64,000 nt of DNA from Squalus acanthias. Taxonomy: Eukaryota. Location of the stretch: NCBI GenBank assembly GCA_030390025.1, contig CM059440.1, positions 52,142,001 through 52,206,000 of the forward strand. The letters run 5' to 3'. The position numbers were made by a program, and so were the translations under genes. Below are positions 12,791 to 24,639 of this stretch, piece by piece (within the stretch, counting starts at the first letter, position 1; each line of letters begins with the position of its first letter). The notes under the pieces are model-generated. The model was not told the DNA's origin. It searched no databases and saw only the letters and a list, made by a program, of their open reading frames with translations.

Positions 12791-13230
12791 CGTGTGGCTC
12801 AGTTGGTAGCACCCGCGTCAGAAGGTCATGGGTTCAAGTCCCACCCCAGAGACTTGAGCGCAAGAATCTAGGCTGACACTCCCAGTGCAGTGCTGAGGGA
12901 GTGCCGCACTATCGGAGGTGCCGTCTTTCAGATGAGACGTTAAACCGAGGCCCCGTCTGCTCTCTCAGGTGGATGTATAAGATCCCGTGGCACTATTTTG
13001 AAAATGAGCAGGGGAGTTATCCCTGGTGTCCTGGCCAATATTTATCCCTCAATCAACATCACTAAAACAGATTATCTGGTATTATCACGTTGCTGTTTGT
13101 GGGAGCTTGCTGTGTACAAATTGGCTGCCACATTCCCAACAGTGACAACACTTCAAAAAGTGCTACATTGGCTGTAAAGCACTCTGGGATGTCCCGAAAG
13201 GCGCTATATAAATGAAAGTCTTTCTTTTCT
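12791..13230 (+). mobile_element. Full-length tRNA-derived SINE (SacSINE1/DeuSINE-like)
   Basis: A box TGGCTCAGTTGG, B box GGTTCAAGTCC, central GTCTTTCAGATGAGACGTTAAACCGAGG domain, tail GGCGCTATATAAATGAAAGTCTTTC; many further copies in the window. Confidence 0.85.
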
Positions 13231-13889
13231 CTCGTGATGCTTAACCACATGGCATTTGCCCACTATTTACAAATGTTACTGCATTTCCCTCAGAATCACC
13301 AACACCCCCCACCGTCCAATCCCCATCCGTCCTCCATATAATACTTGCAATCCCGGCTCCCAGTGGGGATTTGTGCCTCGCAGGGAGGGAGGGTCAGAGG
13401 ATTGGGGCTACAGTGCAGCAGCTCACATCCCCAACCTCTGCTCCCTTCCAGCGTGGCGTTCCTCCGGGAGCACAGAATCTGCTATTTACACAAGGCAAAG
13501 GACATTCTGCATGTTTATGCCGATGCCGCCATAACAAATGTTATTACATTCAGGAAGCTTTTTAATGCTCTTTCTTTCACTTATAATAATTCACTCATAA
13601 TAAATACATTTTTCAAGGCATTCACTCAATGCTTTCTCCTCAGGTCGAGGTATCCTAACTTAGCCATTTCCTATGCACACCTCATAACAGGGAAGACATT
13701 AGGATCTCTCTGAATGGGTGAATTAAGATGGGCTGATTGGCCTTCCTCATTCATAATCATCATGTGATAAGCAATATAGGGGAAGGATTCCTTGGTGTGC
13801 TGCATGCAAGAAAATTGTAATCGCATTCCCTTCCGACACCCTCCTCACGTTCCAGACAGGAAAAAGCTAAAAGCTTGTTGTCTAATAGG

Positions 13890-14282
13890 ATATGGTGGTA
13901 TAGTGGTTTTGTTACTGGACTAGTAATCCAGTAGGCTTGGGCTAATGCATCAGTGAGATGTGAGTTCAAATCTCATCATGATAGCTGGGGAATTTAAATT
14001 CAGTTGATTAAATAAAAATGGTTTGTTAAACTCTGCAATCCTGCCTCTGAAATTACTGGATTGTCATAAAAACCTGTCTAACTCACTAATGTCCTTTAGG
14101 AAAGGAAATCTGCTGTCCTTACCTGGTCTGGCCTATATCAGACCCACAGCAGACTAGTTGACTCTTAACTGCTCTCTGAAATGATTGCTCACTACCACCT
14201 TCTCTAGGGCAGTTAGGGATGGGCAATAAATGCTGCCCTTGCAGGTGATGCCCACATCTTATGAACGAATAAAAAAAAAAAA
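13890..14282 (+). mobile_element. Second tRNA-derived SINE family with LINE-shared tail and poly(A)
   Basis: A box TGGTATAGTGG, B box GAGTTCAAATC, tail GGGCAATAAATGCTG...CCCACATC...AATAAAAAA; a sister copy lies at 45885-46280. Confidence 0.75.
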
Positions 14283-17252
14283 TCCCTCTCACCTATAGCT
14301 TCCAACCTCTCTTTCTACTGCAGTCTTTCTTGCTTCTATTTTATCAATATTGCTATGTTCAGTGCTTCCCCAAATTTGCCTCTCTTGTTCCTTATTAACT
14401 GTAAATTCACTGTGGTGCAAACTCTTCCTCCTCCCGGCATCTCCATTGTGTTGAAATCAAGATTGGTTTCACTGTTTTCCAACACTAATTCTTTCCCCAG
14501 GCCTCAAACCTGTCGAACTCCTCACGAACTTCAGCCTTCTCTTCTGCCCACAATCTAAAAAGGACACTTTTATTGGTATTTTACCTCCAATTTTCTCCTC
14601 TCCTGAAGGTGGTAACTCAAGTGTTGTATGGTGCACAGGTGCCAACAGCTGTCTAGTTCATCACTCAGAGTCCAATCTTCAGTTCTGAGGCTGAGTGTAA
14701 ACCCTTTACAGATGTTGATGAACCTGCCATGTGTTTTTGTGAATTTGTTTCAGATTTCCAGCATTTGCAGCTCTTTCTCTTTTTACCCTTTCTTCATGTC
14801 TAAGCCTAGACAGCGAGATGTTTGGACATTGAGGGTATCCACCTGACCTGAATCACGATCCTCATTTAACATCCACACACACACACTCTTTCCAGCACGG
14901 GTGACGGGCAGTGATCAGGAATGGGAAACCTGACTGACGTCTTGCAGCCAGAGCCAAATGTAGAGCCCCACTACTGGCCTTGCTCAGATCAGCTAACTCA
15001 GCATAGACCTGGCATCATCCTAGTCAGTACTAAATTGTTCATTTTAAATCCGAGATTGATAGATTTCTGTTAACCAGGGGTATTAAGGGATGTGGGGCAA
15101 AGGCGGGTATATGGAGTTAGGTCACAAATCAGCCATGATCTCATTGAATGGCGGAACAGGCTCGAGGGGCCTGTTTGAATATTTAAACTGAACCTTGCTC
15201 TAACACTGTGATATTTTAATTGGAGTACTATGCTGATTCCTCCTAATGTTTTAAGCAGCTCTGGATGGCCAGTGTGGAGATCCAGCACCACTAATAATGT
15301 AAAGGAGGATGGAAATTTGGATTACATAGAATATACAGCACGAAACAGGCCATTCGGCCCAACCAGTCATTGCCGGCGTTTATGCTCCACTCGAGCCTCC
15401 TCCTGTCTTTCCTCATCTAACTCTATCAGCATAACCCTCTATTCCCTTCTCCCTCATATGCTTATCCAGCCTCCCCTTAAATGTATCTATACTATTCGCT
15501 TCAACCACTCCCTGTGGTGGCGAGTTCCACATTCTCACCACTCTCTGGGTAAAGAAGATTCTTCTGAATTCCCCATTTGATTTCAATGAGATCATGGCTG
15601 ATCTGTGACCAAAAATGTTGGCAGTGAGGATCCCAGTATTTTTCTTTTCCATGATTAGCTGCTGTGAGTTCTACACCATGTATTGTTAGAAATTGGGATT
15701 CATTGAGTTACATCGAGTCTACAGCACAGAAACAGGCCATTCGGCCCAACTGCTCTATGCCGGCTTTTATGCTCCATGCGAGACTCCTCCCACCAGAGGA
15801 TTTGAAGAATTATATTCATCACTGCGTGAGGATATGATTGTATGTTGGCCTCAGTCTGTGCTGCTTCAGGAGACAGATTTAACTGCAAAATGTATTCAGT
15901 TTCAAGGTTTAAATTCCATGAACCAAAGCTTGGAGTGGACAGTGCCAAAAACAGAGGGAATTAAAAAAAAAATGGGAATATTCAACCACAACACACAAGA
16001 AAGTGGAACCAAGACAGGAAAGTAGTAGAGTGGGCAGTGCAGGGAATTGGTTTCTTTCACACCATGACCAGTCCCCCCCCTTGCTCCCATCACGTGGTTC
16101 TTTCTCTCCTTCCGTTCTTTCATAAACTTCTCCCATCGGCTCTCCCTGGTCTGTAACTTCAGTTGCTGAGGATCCTTTTTGTGAGAATAGGTGCTCGTAT
16201 CGTGATTTATTTTGAGCCAAGTTGTTCTCGTGCCTTCTCCCAAGTTGTCAGCTTAAGAACATAAGAAATAGGAGCAGGAGTCGGACACACAGCCCTTCGA
16301 GCCATTCAATATCACGGCCGATCTTCTACATCAACTTCACATTCCCACCCGATCCCCATATCCCTTGGTTCCTTTAGTGTCCAGAAATCTATACTTAACG
16401 ACTGAGCATCCACAGCCCTCTGGGGTAGAGAATTCCAAAGAGTCACAAATTTCCAAATAAGTGCACCCTTTGTGTGGCTTGTATCGAAGAGGACGAAACA
16501 AGCTTGACTTTAGGTTGAACTTTTTGTTGGTTCCAGTCGTGGTTCTGGGGAACCGGTATGGAGTAACCACTTTAGTCTGGGTAGGGTTAGTAGTGCTGGG
16601 GGGTTTGCATCTTATAGGTGCATCAGAGTGCCATTTCACCCTTAAATTTATAAGTTTCTTAATTTAAAGTCAGTTCTGTGAAGTGTTACAATGCAATCTT
16701 TTTAAAACAGTACTCTGCACTAGTGCCATTCCTAGCACACCCACTTTTACCCAAAAATAGGATCTGGGAGTAGCAATGGGTTAGAGCATGGTTCTTTTGG
16801 AGGTCAACTGATGGTACAGCTGACAGAACCAGTATATAACAGCCATACTAAGGCCCCAGGTTCAATTCCTAATTGGAGTAACGTGCTACAATTCCCTTAG
16901 TGCCCCAGACTGACGGGGAAGAATCAGACTCGGATGCGGTTTCTAGCTACCAGTGTTTACTGTGTGTGGAACACTGATCGACATAACACCCTCAGTCAGT
17001 GTCTCAGTTCAGACAATTGCCAGGAAATTCTTTGGGGTTTTTCAGCCCCCCCGCACACAGTGCCGCCTTAACTTCAGCAGCAGTCAGTTTACGTAGGAAA
17101 ACAGGGTTTCCAAAGTTCTAACGGTGGAGCGGGAGAAGGCCCGAAGAAATTCACAGCGCAAGTGTTAAACTAGAGGAGGACAGGGTGCTAAAATAACTAA
17201 AGCAATTCTTGGAGACAATGACAAAAGAAGAAAATAGAATTAAATACAAAGC

Positions 17253-17258
17253 TTTATT
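17253..17258 (-). promoter_or_regulatory. Polyadenylation signal of gene A
   Basis: AATAAA on the minus strand ~270 nt after the stop codon. Confidence 0.55.
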
Positions 17259-17528
17259 GCATTAAGCTGTCCTGGTCCAGCAGAAGATGGACAAAAAACA
17301 CTGTTATATTAAATAAATAAGAGTTTGGAAGTTACAAATGAGAAAAGGGACCAATCAGATGGCACTTCTTATTCTGCGTGTTGATATTTAGTAGCGAGGG
17401 TTAAGGAGACGTGTCCACATTTGCACAAGGCTGCGAATAGCAGTAACCCACGATGTTGCGACAGTAAATATCGGTTTTCACGGCTGAAGGGGCAGCGTCC
17501 AATCACATGCATTTTCTTGAATGATCCA

Positions 17529-17686
17529 TCACGTAATGCCGTGTTCATTTTGTTTCTCTCCATTTGCCAGTGAAACACGTTTCTTGCACACGGCTATGAC
17601 TAGAATTACAATTATAAATTCAATAGCAAGGACAGTGACTGCAAGCATCCAGCGATTTCTTGTTGGAACGTGATCAGTTTTCAATT
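17529..17686 (-). CDS. Gene A exon 4: transmembrane segment and short cytoplasmic tail
   Basis: Acceptor tttcccacAG, phase 1; ELKTDHVPTRNR-WMLAVTVLAIEFIIVILVIAVC-KKRVSLANGEKQNEHGIT*; hydrophobic stretch followed by a basic stop-transfer KKR. Confidence 0.85.
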
Positions 17687-17929
17687 CTGTGGGAAAAAAA
17701 AGAAAACTATTGATCATTACGGCTTGGCTTCAGTGCTAATAGTTTAAAATACAACCACCATAAAAGCACAACCGCATTTAAGAATGTAATTGTATGGTGA
17801 AAGTATTTTTAAACATTGGCTAACACAGTAGTAGCCTAAACCAGAAACAAAGTGCATTGATATAGCACCTTTAATGTAGAAAAACATCCCAAGGTGCTTC
17901 ACAGTAGCGTAATCAGCCAAAAAAAACCC

Positions 17930-18325
17930 ACATATTTATACAGCGCCTTTCACAATCCCAAAGCACTTTACAGCCAATGAAGTACTTTAAGTGGTCACTG
18001 TTGTAATTCAGGAAACGCAGCAGTGAATTTGCACACAGCAAGCTCCCACAAACAGTAATTAGATAATGACCAGATAATCTGTTTTTTTAAAGTGATGTTG
18101 GTTGAAGGATAATAATAGTCAGGACACCGGGGAGAACTCCCCTGCTCTTCGTAATACTGCCATGGGATCTTTTACATCCACCTGAGAGCAGACGGTGCCT
18201 CGGTTTAACGTCTCATTTGAAAGGCGGCACCTCCGACAGTGCAGCACTCCCTCAGTATTGTGCTGGAGTGTCAGCCTAGATTTTTGTGCTCAAGTCTCTG
18301 GAGTTGGGCTTGAACCCACAACATT
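17930..18325 (-). mobile_element. Deu-type SINE in gene A intron 3
   Basis: Homologous to the 12791-13230 copy. Confidence 0.8.
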
Positions 18326-18344
18326 CTCCTACCTGATGCAAGGC

Positions 18345-18765
18345 TGACACCTAAAAAGAGAGATATTAGAAGGGGTGACTAAAAGCTTGGTCAAAGAGGA
18401 GGATTTTAAGGAAAGTTTTAAAAAAGGGAGGAGAAAAGAGAGAGGTTTAGGGAGGGAATTCTGGAGCGCAAGCTATAGATGGCTGCCAGTGGCAGGGCGA
18501 TGGCAGTAGGGAATTCACAAGATGCCAGAGTTGGAGCAATGCAGAGGTCTCAGAGGGTTGTAGGGCTAGAGAAGGGTACAGAGAGATTAGGAGGGACGAG
18601 GCCATGAAGGGTCTTAACCACAAGGATAAGAATTTTTAATTTGAGGCGTTGGTAGCCAGGAGCTAATGTAGGCCAGCGAGCACAGGGGGAGGGTTAGCAG
18701 TTCGTAGTGCAGGATAGGAGAAGGGCAGCAGAGATTTGGATGAGCTGAAGTTTACATAGCGTGGA
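18345..18765 (-). mobile_element. L2-type LINE 3' fragment (degraded)
   Basis: Similar to 23930-24215 and to the 3' end of the L2 RT at 51890-52795. Confidence 0.55.
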
Positions 18766-19209
18766 GGGTACAATACAGCATAGAGAGAAAACTTCTTATA
18801 TCCTCTCCAAGGAGCGAGGGAGACATTAAGGAGAGTCTTCCCAAATATGGGAGCAGTATCCAAGTCACAAAAGGACTCGAGCTATAGAGAGTTAAAGGTA
18901 TTTGGTGAGAAGTGTTTGGCACAAACGAGGAAACAGCTTTTGAGCAGCCGAGCAATGCAGCAGCTCCATTTGTGGTCTTGGGAGATAGTGAGGCCAAGAA
19001 CATTGATAAGTCAAGAAGTGTAGGCCCATGAAAGTTAAAAAGGTGCAGCGGTTTATACTTGTGGAACCAGAGACTGGAACAGAAGTTTCTGAAGAACTGA
19101 AAGAAGATTTCCTTTACTTCAAATGGCATGGAGATCAAGATGTCGTGATTCAGCATTGTATCGCAAGACAACTGGAGGTTATGAGTACTGAGTGTAGGAC
19201 ACAACTTAC

Positions 19210-19494
19210 CTACAGAAAGACCAAATGTTCGAGAAACTGATTGGTGTAGAACATCATTTCTTAATCTGAATGTGTAGTTCGAACTCCTATTGGTGTCATT
19301 GATTTGCAGAATACTCTGCAGGGAGTATAGACCATCTCCACTTTGTTGGTACGAAGTCTCAGACAGTGTGGAAATATCCTCATTTTCTTCATTGTACCAG
19401 GAAACAGTAGCCTCAGGTTAACCTTGGGACTCGAATCTGAACACTGTCCAGGATGGTGTTAATTGGATAAAAAAGTCAGGTTCCTTGTAGTATG
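19210..19494 (-). CDS. Gene A exon 3: B7-type IgC domain, cysteine-free, with in-frame TAA
   Basis: Acceptor ctacAG, donor G|GTAAGT; AYYKEPDFFIQLTPSWTVFRFESQG*PEATVSWYNEENEDISTLSETSYQQSGDGLYSLQSILQINDTNRSSNYTFRLRNDVLHQSVSRTFGLSV. Clearly paralogous to 46549-46830. Confidence 0.85.
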
Positions 19495-20079
19495 CTGTAG
19501 ATTAAAAAAAGGGTCATTAGAAACAAGAAATAAACTTGATAAAAATAATGCCAACTAGGAATTTTGTTCCAGTTAATAACTAATTGAATAATGCAATAAA
19601 AGCTTTAAATGCTCAAAAACAACAAATCAAAGTACAAACAGAATAGTAGATATTGCTGTTTGTGATCAATTTGGAGATATTCAAATCATTGTACCAAGTG
19701 ATCAAGTTGAAGGTGAAAATCCCACAATATCCTGCTGGCAGCTGTTCAGCCAAAATCATACGTAACCCTTGATGGTAAATATCAGTGGGCTTTTCACCTG
19801 CGAGGCCATCACAGTTCAGCCCGATCCTAGAGCCGTCCACAGGCAGGGCTTGCTGAATAGCAAACGGGAGTGCCAACCCTAACCGAGGTGTGTCGATTGC
19901 ACCAATAGCACTGCTCCAGCGGAGAGGAGTTAAACCAGCACATTCTGGACATCAAACATGGTCTGTACGGCTCAGGCACTCAATGGCGAGACTCACTGAG
20001 CCATCAGGGGAGGCCAAGAAGCATGACTTTAATTTGCAGCACTGACAGAACAAAAATGAAAACTGAAAGAAGCATGTAC

Positions 20080-20430
20080 CTGCAAATATTAGAGACACAA
20101 TGCCCTGGCCATTTCCTTTTGCGTTCCTGACTAAGCACAGGTACTGTCCAGCATCCTCTGGTCTCACTCTGTCCAGCTTCACCGAAACGTTCCCTTGTTT
20201 TAATTCCTCTGGGAATAAGCTTGTCCTCCCCGAATACCGAGGGCTTTGGCGACTCAGTTGCTCTTTTCCATAATAACTATAAACAACTTCCTCCGTCTCG
20301 ACACGGTGCCAACTGATGAACAGCAGATACAGTGACGATTCACCCTGAGCTGTAAAGCTGCAACTCAGCACCGTGTACTGGCCGTAGACAGCAGTCACTG
20401 GTGCTTCTGGGGTGTGGACTTGAAACTGAG
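20080..20430 (-). CDS. Gene A exon 2: IgV domain (B7/CD276-like)
   Basis: Acceptor ttcacAG, donor G|GTACAT, 351 nt, phase 1-1. V-set motifs VLSCSF, ISW, YSGRTSLFPEELKQGNVSVKLDRVRPEDAGQYLC. Confidence 0.92.
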
Positions 20431-20704
20431 CTGTGAATTCAAACAAATAGATTAGTAACAGCATTGTTCCAAGAGATTTAATCTTGACTCTTCAGAATAT
20501 TTTACTTTAAAAGGATGATTAATACGAGATTTAATCTTGAACACAGGAAAGCACTAAGTAGTAATTATCCCCACAGCTGTATTTTCTCTTCTCCAGAAGG
20601 GTTGATATTTCCTGGGTTGATATTTTCTGTGATCTATTGAAATAGAAAAAGTTTTGTTCCCTCACCTCACAAAATGGACATCAAAAAAAGTAACTGCAGC
20701 AACA

Positions 20705-22320
20705 TGATCAGTAAACACCACAAAATAATGGGACTAAAAGACAACAGGTCCCCTGGACCAGATGGCCTACATCCCAGGGTCTTAAAAGAAGTGGCTGCAG
20801 AGATAGTGGATACATTGGTTGTAATCTACCAAAATTCCCTGGACTCTGGAGAGGTCCCAGCGGATTGGAAAACCGCAAATGTAAAACCCCTATTCAAGAA
20901 AGGAGGGAGACAGAAAGCAGGAAACTATAGACCAGTTAGCCTAACATCTGTCGTTGGGAAAATGCTGGAGTCCTTCATGAAGGAAGCATTAGCAGGGCAT
21001 TTGGAAAATCAATGCAGTCAAGCAGAGTCAGCATGGTTTTATGAAAGGGAAATCATGTTTAACAAATTTGCTGGAGTTCTTTGAGGATGTAACGAGCAGG
21101 GTGGATAAGGGTGAGCCAGTGGATGTGGTGTATTTGGATTTCCTGAAGGCATTCGATAAGGTGCCACGTAAAAGGTTACTGCATAAGGTAAGAGCTCACG
21201 GAGCTGGGGGTAATATATTAGCATGGATAGAGAATTGGTTAATTAACAGAAAACAGAGAGTCAGGATAAATGGGTCATTTTCCAGTTGGCAAACGGTAAC
21301 TAGTGGGGTGCCACAGGAATCAGTGCTGGGGCCTCAACTATTTACAATCTACATTAATGACTTGGATGAAGGGACCGAGTGTACTGTAGCTAAGTTTGCG
21401 GATGATACAAAGAAGGATGGGAAAGCAAGTTGTACAGAGGACTCAAAGAATCTGCAAAGGGATATAGACAGGCTAAGTGAGTGGGCAAACATTTGGCAGA
21501 TGGAGTATAATGTGGGAAAGTGCAAGGTTATCCACTTTGCCAGGAAAAATAAAAAAGCAAATTATTTTTTAAATGGAGACAGATTACAAAATGCTACAGT
21601 TCAGAGGGACCTGGGGGTCCTTGTGCATGAAACACAAAAAGTTAGCATGCAGGTGCAGCAAGTAATCAAAAAGGCAAATGGAATGTTGGCCTTTATTGCA
21701 AGGGGGTTGGAGTATAAAAGCAGAGAAGTCCTGCTACAACTGTACAGGGTATTGGTGAGACCACACCTTGAGTACTGCATACAGTTTTGGTCTCCTTATT
21801 TAAGGAAGGATATACTTGCATTGGAGGCAGTTCAGAGACGATTCACACAGTTGATTCCAGAGATGAGGGGGTTGACTTATGAAGAAAGGTTGAGCAGGTT
21901 GGGCCTATACTCATTGGAATTTAGATGAATGAGAGGTGATCTTATTGAAACATACAAGATACTGAGTGGGCTCGACAGGGTAGATGCAGAGAGGATGTTT
22001 CCCCTCGTGGGGAAATCTAGAACTCAGGGGCATAGTTTCAGAATAAATGGTCACCATTTTAGAAGTGAGATGAGGAGGAATTTCTTCTCAGAGGGTCGTA
22101 AATCTGTGGAATTCTCTGCCCCAGAGAGCCGTGGAGGCTGGGTCATTAAATACATTTAAGGTGGAGATACAGATTTTTACAAGATAAGGGAGTGAAGGGA
22201 TATGGGGAGCGGGCAGGGAAGTGGCTTTGAGCCCAAGATCAGCCATGATCTTATTGAATGGCGGAGCAGGCTCGAGGGGCCAAGTGGCCTATTCCTGCTC
22301 CCATTTCTTCTGTTCTTATG
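20705..22320 (+). mobile_element. 5'-truncated CR1 in gene A intron 1 (antisense to the gene)
   Basis: RT motifs with a frameshift and stop; canonical 3' end ...CTCCCATTTCTTCTGTTCTTATG. Confidence 0.93.
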
Positions 22321-22439
22321 TAAATAGACAGGGGCTATTTCTTTGAAATATTATTTTCAGCTCCATGAACAATGTTTACTTGGGAATTATCCATCTTGCC
22401 CATTAAACTGACCCAACATTACAAGTGAAACCCTTCGGT

Positions 22440-22555
22440 CCCAGACCTGAAACGTTAACTCTTGCTTTTCTCTCCACAGATGCTGCCTGACTTGCTGAGT
22501 ATTTCCAGCATTTTCTGTTATTTCAGATTTGCAGCATCCGCAGTATTTTGCTATT
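22440..22555 (+). mobile_element. Penelope terminal-repeat remnant
   Basis: CCTGAAACGTTAACTC...GATGCTGCCTGAC...CAGCATCCGCAGTATTTTGC, the same sequence as 39938-40045. Confidence 0.7.
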
Positions 22556-22673
22556 ACAAGTGAAAGTACTGTTATTGCTTTGGGCCATTGCTCAGTGGTG
22601 AAAAGACCACCTCAAACTGTGTGGATCGTTCATTCTAATGTGTGCAAGGAAACAGTTACATTTAAAGACTTAC

Positions 22674-22728
22674 CTCGAGCCAAACTGAATTGAACAGCCA
22701 CCAAAACAGCGAGCAGACTTCTCACCAT
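22674..22728 (-). CDS. Gene A exon 1: signal peptide
   Basis: ATG at 22728 in context AGTATGG; MVRSLLAVLVAVQFSLAR followed by G|GTAAGT, phase 1. Confidence 0.85.
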
Positions 22729-22931
22729 ACTTTGCTCTCCTCGACAGCTGTCAAAACGAAACAAGACAAGACGACGATCAGTGAAAATCGTTTCTTTATC
22801 GGTTTCCACAGCTGCTAAAGACCCGCATCTTATGGAGCATTCCGGCGGCACCCGGGACAGAGCTCGATGACCGAGATCTGAACCCTCGGGGCTCCGCTCT
22901 CTCTATGGGACGGCGTCCGCAGCCCGCTCTC

Positions 22932-23290
22932 TTTTATAGATTTTGCCTGCGAAAGGCTGACCGCTGGGAAGGCCCCAGACACCGCACGCAAGCAACAATT
23001 TGCATAGCCACTGAATCCGCTCCAGTTGGTATCGGGATGACGCTGGGACGCTCCGGTTTGTATTTTTTTCAAAGAAAAAAAAAAAAATTGTGTGGTATTG
23101 TTTGGGGGTATTTGTACTGTATTTACTGTGATGGATGAATGTAATGGTTTTACTATGTAATTGGTATTATTGGTTTGAATAAAAGATTCACTGCACGTAA
23201 GCAACAATTTGCATAGCCACTGAATCCGCTCCAGTTGGTATCGGGATGACGCTGGGACGCTCCGGTTTGTATTTTCTTCAAGAAAAAAAC
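22932..23290 (-). promoter_or_regulatory. Gene A promoter: TATA, kappaB-like site, duplicated octamer and CRE half-site module
   Basis: TATAAAA at 22938-22932; GGGGCCTTCCC at 22976-22966; ATTTGCAT at 22998-23005 and 23207-23214; TGACG at 23038; ~95-bp direct repeat (22984-23080 / 23193-23290). Confidence 0.55.
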
Positions 23291-23454
23291 CGAGAAAAAA
23301 AGCAACTTGCATTTATACACCGCCTTAAACGTCGTAAAACGTCCTAAGGCACTTCACAGGAGCGTTATGAGTCAAAAAATTTGACACCGAGCCACATGAG
23401 GAGAAATTAGGGCAGGTGACCAAAAGCTTGATCAAAGAGGTAGGTTTTAAAGAA

Positions 23455-23920
23455 AGACTTGCATTTCGACAGCGCCTTTCACAACCACCAGACGTCCCAA
23501 AGCACTTTACAGCCAATGAAGTACTTTTTGAAGTGGAGTCACTGTGGCAATGTGGGGAAAACGGTCGCCAGTTTGCGCACAGCAAGCTCCCACAAACAGC
23601 AATGTGAAAATGAACAGATAATCTGTTTTTTTTTTAAGTGATGCTGGTCGAGGGATATATATTTGCCCAGGACATCAGGGAGAACTCCGCAACCTTCTTC
23701 AAAATATTGCCATGGGATCTTTTACATCCACAGGAGAAAGCAGACGGGACCTCAGTTTAACGTCTCACGCAAAAGACAGCACCTCCAACAGTGCAGCACT
23801 CCCTCAGCACTGCACTGGAACGTCAGCCTAGATTTATGTGCTCAAGTCCCTGGAGTGGGACTTAAACCCACAACCCTCTGACTCAGAGGCAAGTGTGCTG
23901 CCAACTGAGCCACAGCTGAC
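23455..23920 (-). mobile_element. Deu-type SINE
   Basis: Full-length copy, also duplicated at 60665-61130. Confidence 0.85.
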
Positions 23921-23929
23921 ACTCTCTTT

Positions 23930-24215
23930 AAGAAGCGTCTTAAAGGAGGAAAGAGAGGTAGAGGGGCAGGGAGGTTTTGGGGGGGAATTCCAGAGCTTAG
24001 GACCTAGGCAACAGAAGGCACGGCCACCAATGGTGGAGCAGTTATAATCAGGAATGCTCAAGAGAGCAGAATTAGAGGAGCGCAGATATCTTGAGTGATT
24101 GTGGGGCTAGAGGAGATTACAGAGATAGGGAGGGGCGAGGCCCTGGAGGAATTTGAAAACAAGGATGAGAATTTTGAAATTGAAGTGTTGCTTAACCGGG
24201 AGCCAGTGTTGGTCA
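23930..24215 (-). mobile_element. L2 3' fragment
   Basis: Encodes STIGGRAFCCLGPKLWNS...SFKTLLK, a typical L2 C-terminus. Confidence 0.75.
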
Positions 24216-24639
24216 GCGATGTAGGAAGAGGGCGAAGAGGCAACACTTTGGGATGGAGAAATGTGAAGGACGAAGCAATCAGGCGAGACGGCAGTTGGAG
24301 TCGGAGAGAGAGGGAGGAGTTGACGGTTAGTGTTGGGAGGAGGTGCCAGGAAGCAGCATCAGGGACCAGGTGGATTTTGGGGTTGGGGGAGAGGTGGTAG
24401 GAGGTGCCAGTCAGGCAGCAGAAAAACAATTTAAAAAATACAACTTCCTGGGAGGGAGAGAGCAACTTCCGAACGGACCTGAGTGACTCAGTTCAGAGGA
24501 CGACTTTGGGAGTGAGACACATGGCAAGAATCAGCCAGCCTGTCAGCGGGAAAGAGAAAAATATGATTTTAAAAAAGCAAGTTTAACTGTGACAGAAAAT
24601 CATTACAGACAGGACAGAAATGGAAAAAATAGAAAAACA

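Larger units (their letters stand above)
17529..22728 (-). pseudogene. Gene A: B7-family/CD276-like gene with one premature stop (pseudogene or nonsense allele)
   Basis: Four exons with phase-1 junctions (55+351+285+158 nt) give a 282-aa leader-IgV-IgC-TM protein if the TAA at 19418-19420 is a Tyr codon. All splice sites are GT-AG. Confidence 0.75.

Noticed and set aside
12791-12850. tRNA gene
   Set aside because: The A/B boxes belong to a SINE head that continues into the SINE body; no complete cloverleaf.
18752-19240. Overlapping ORFs in gene A intron 3 as an extra exon or gene
   Set aside because: No recognisable domain and no convincing splice-site pair.
19952-20464. 170-aa single-exon Ig protein as given in the ORF track
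   Set aside because: Its ends are intronic read-through; splice sites delimit the exon to 20080-20430.
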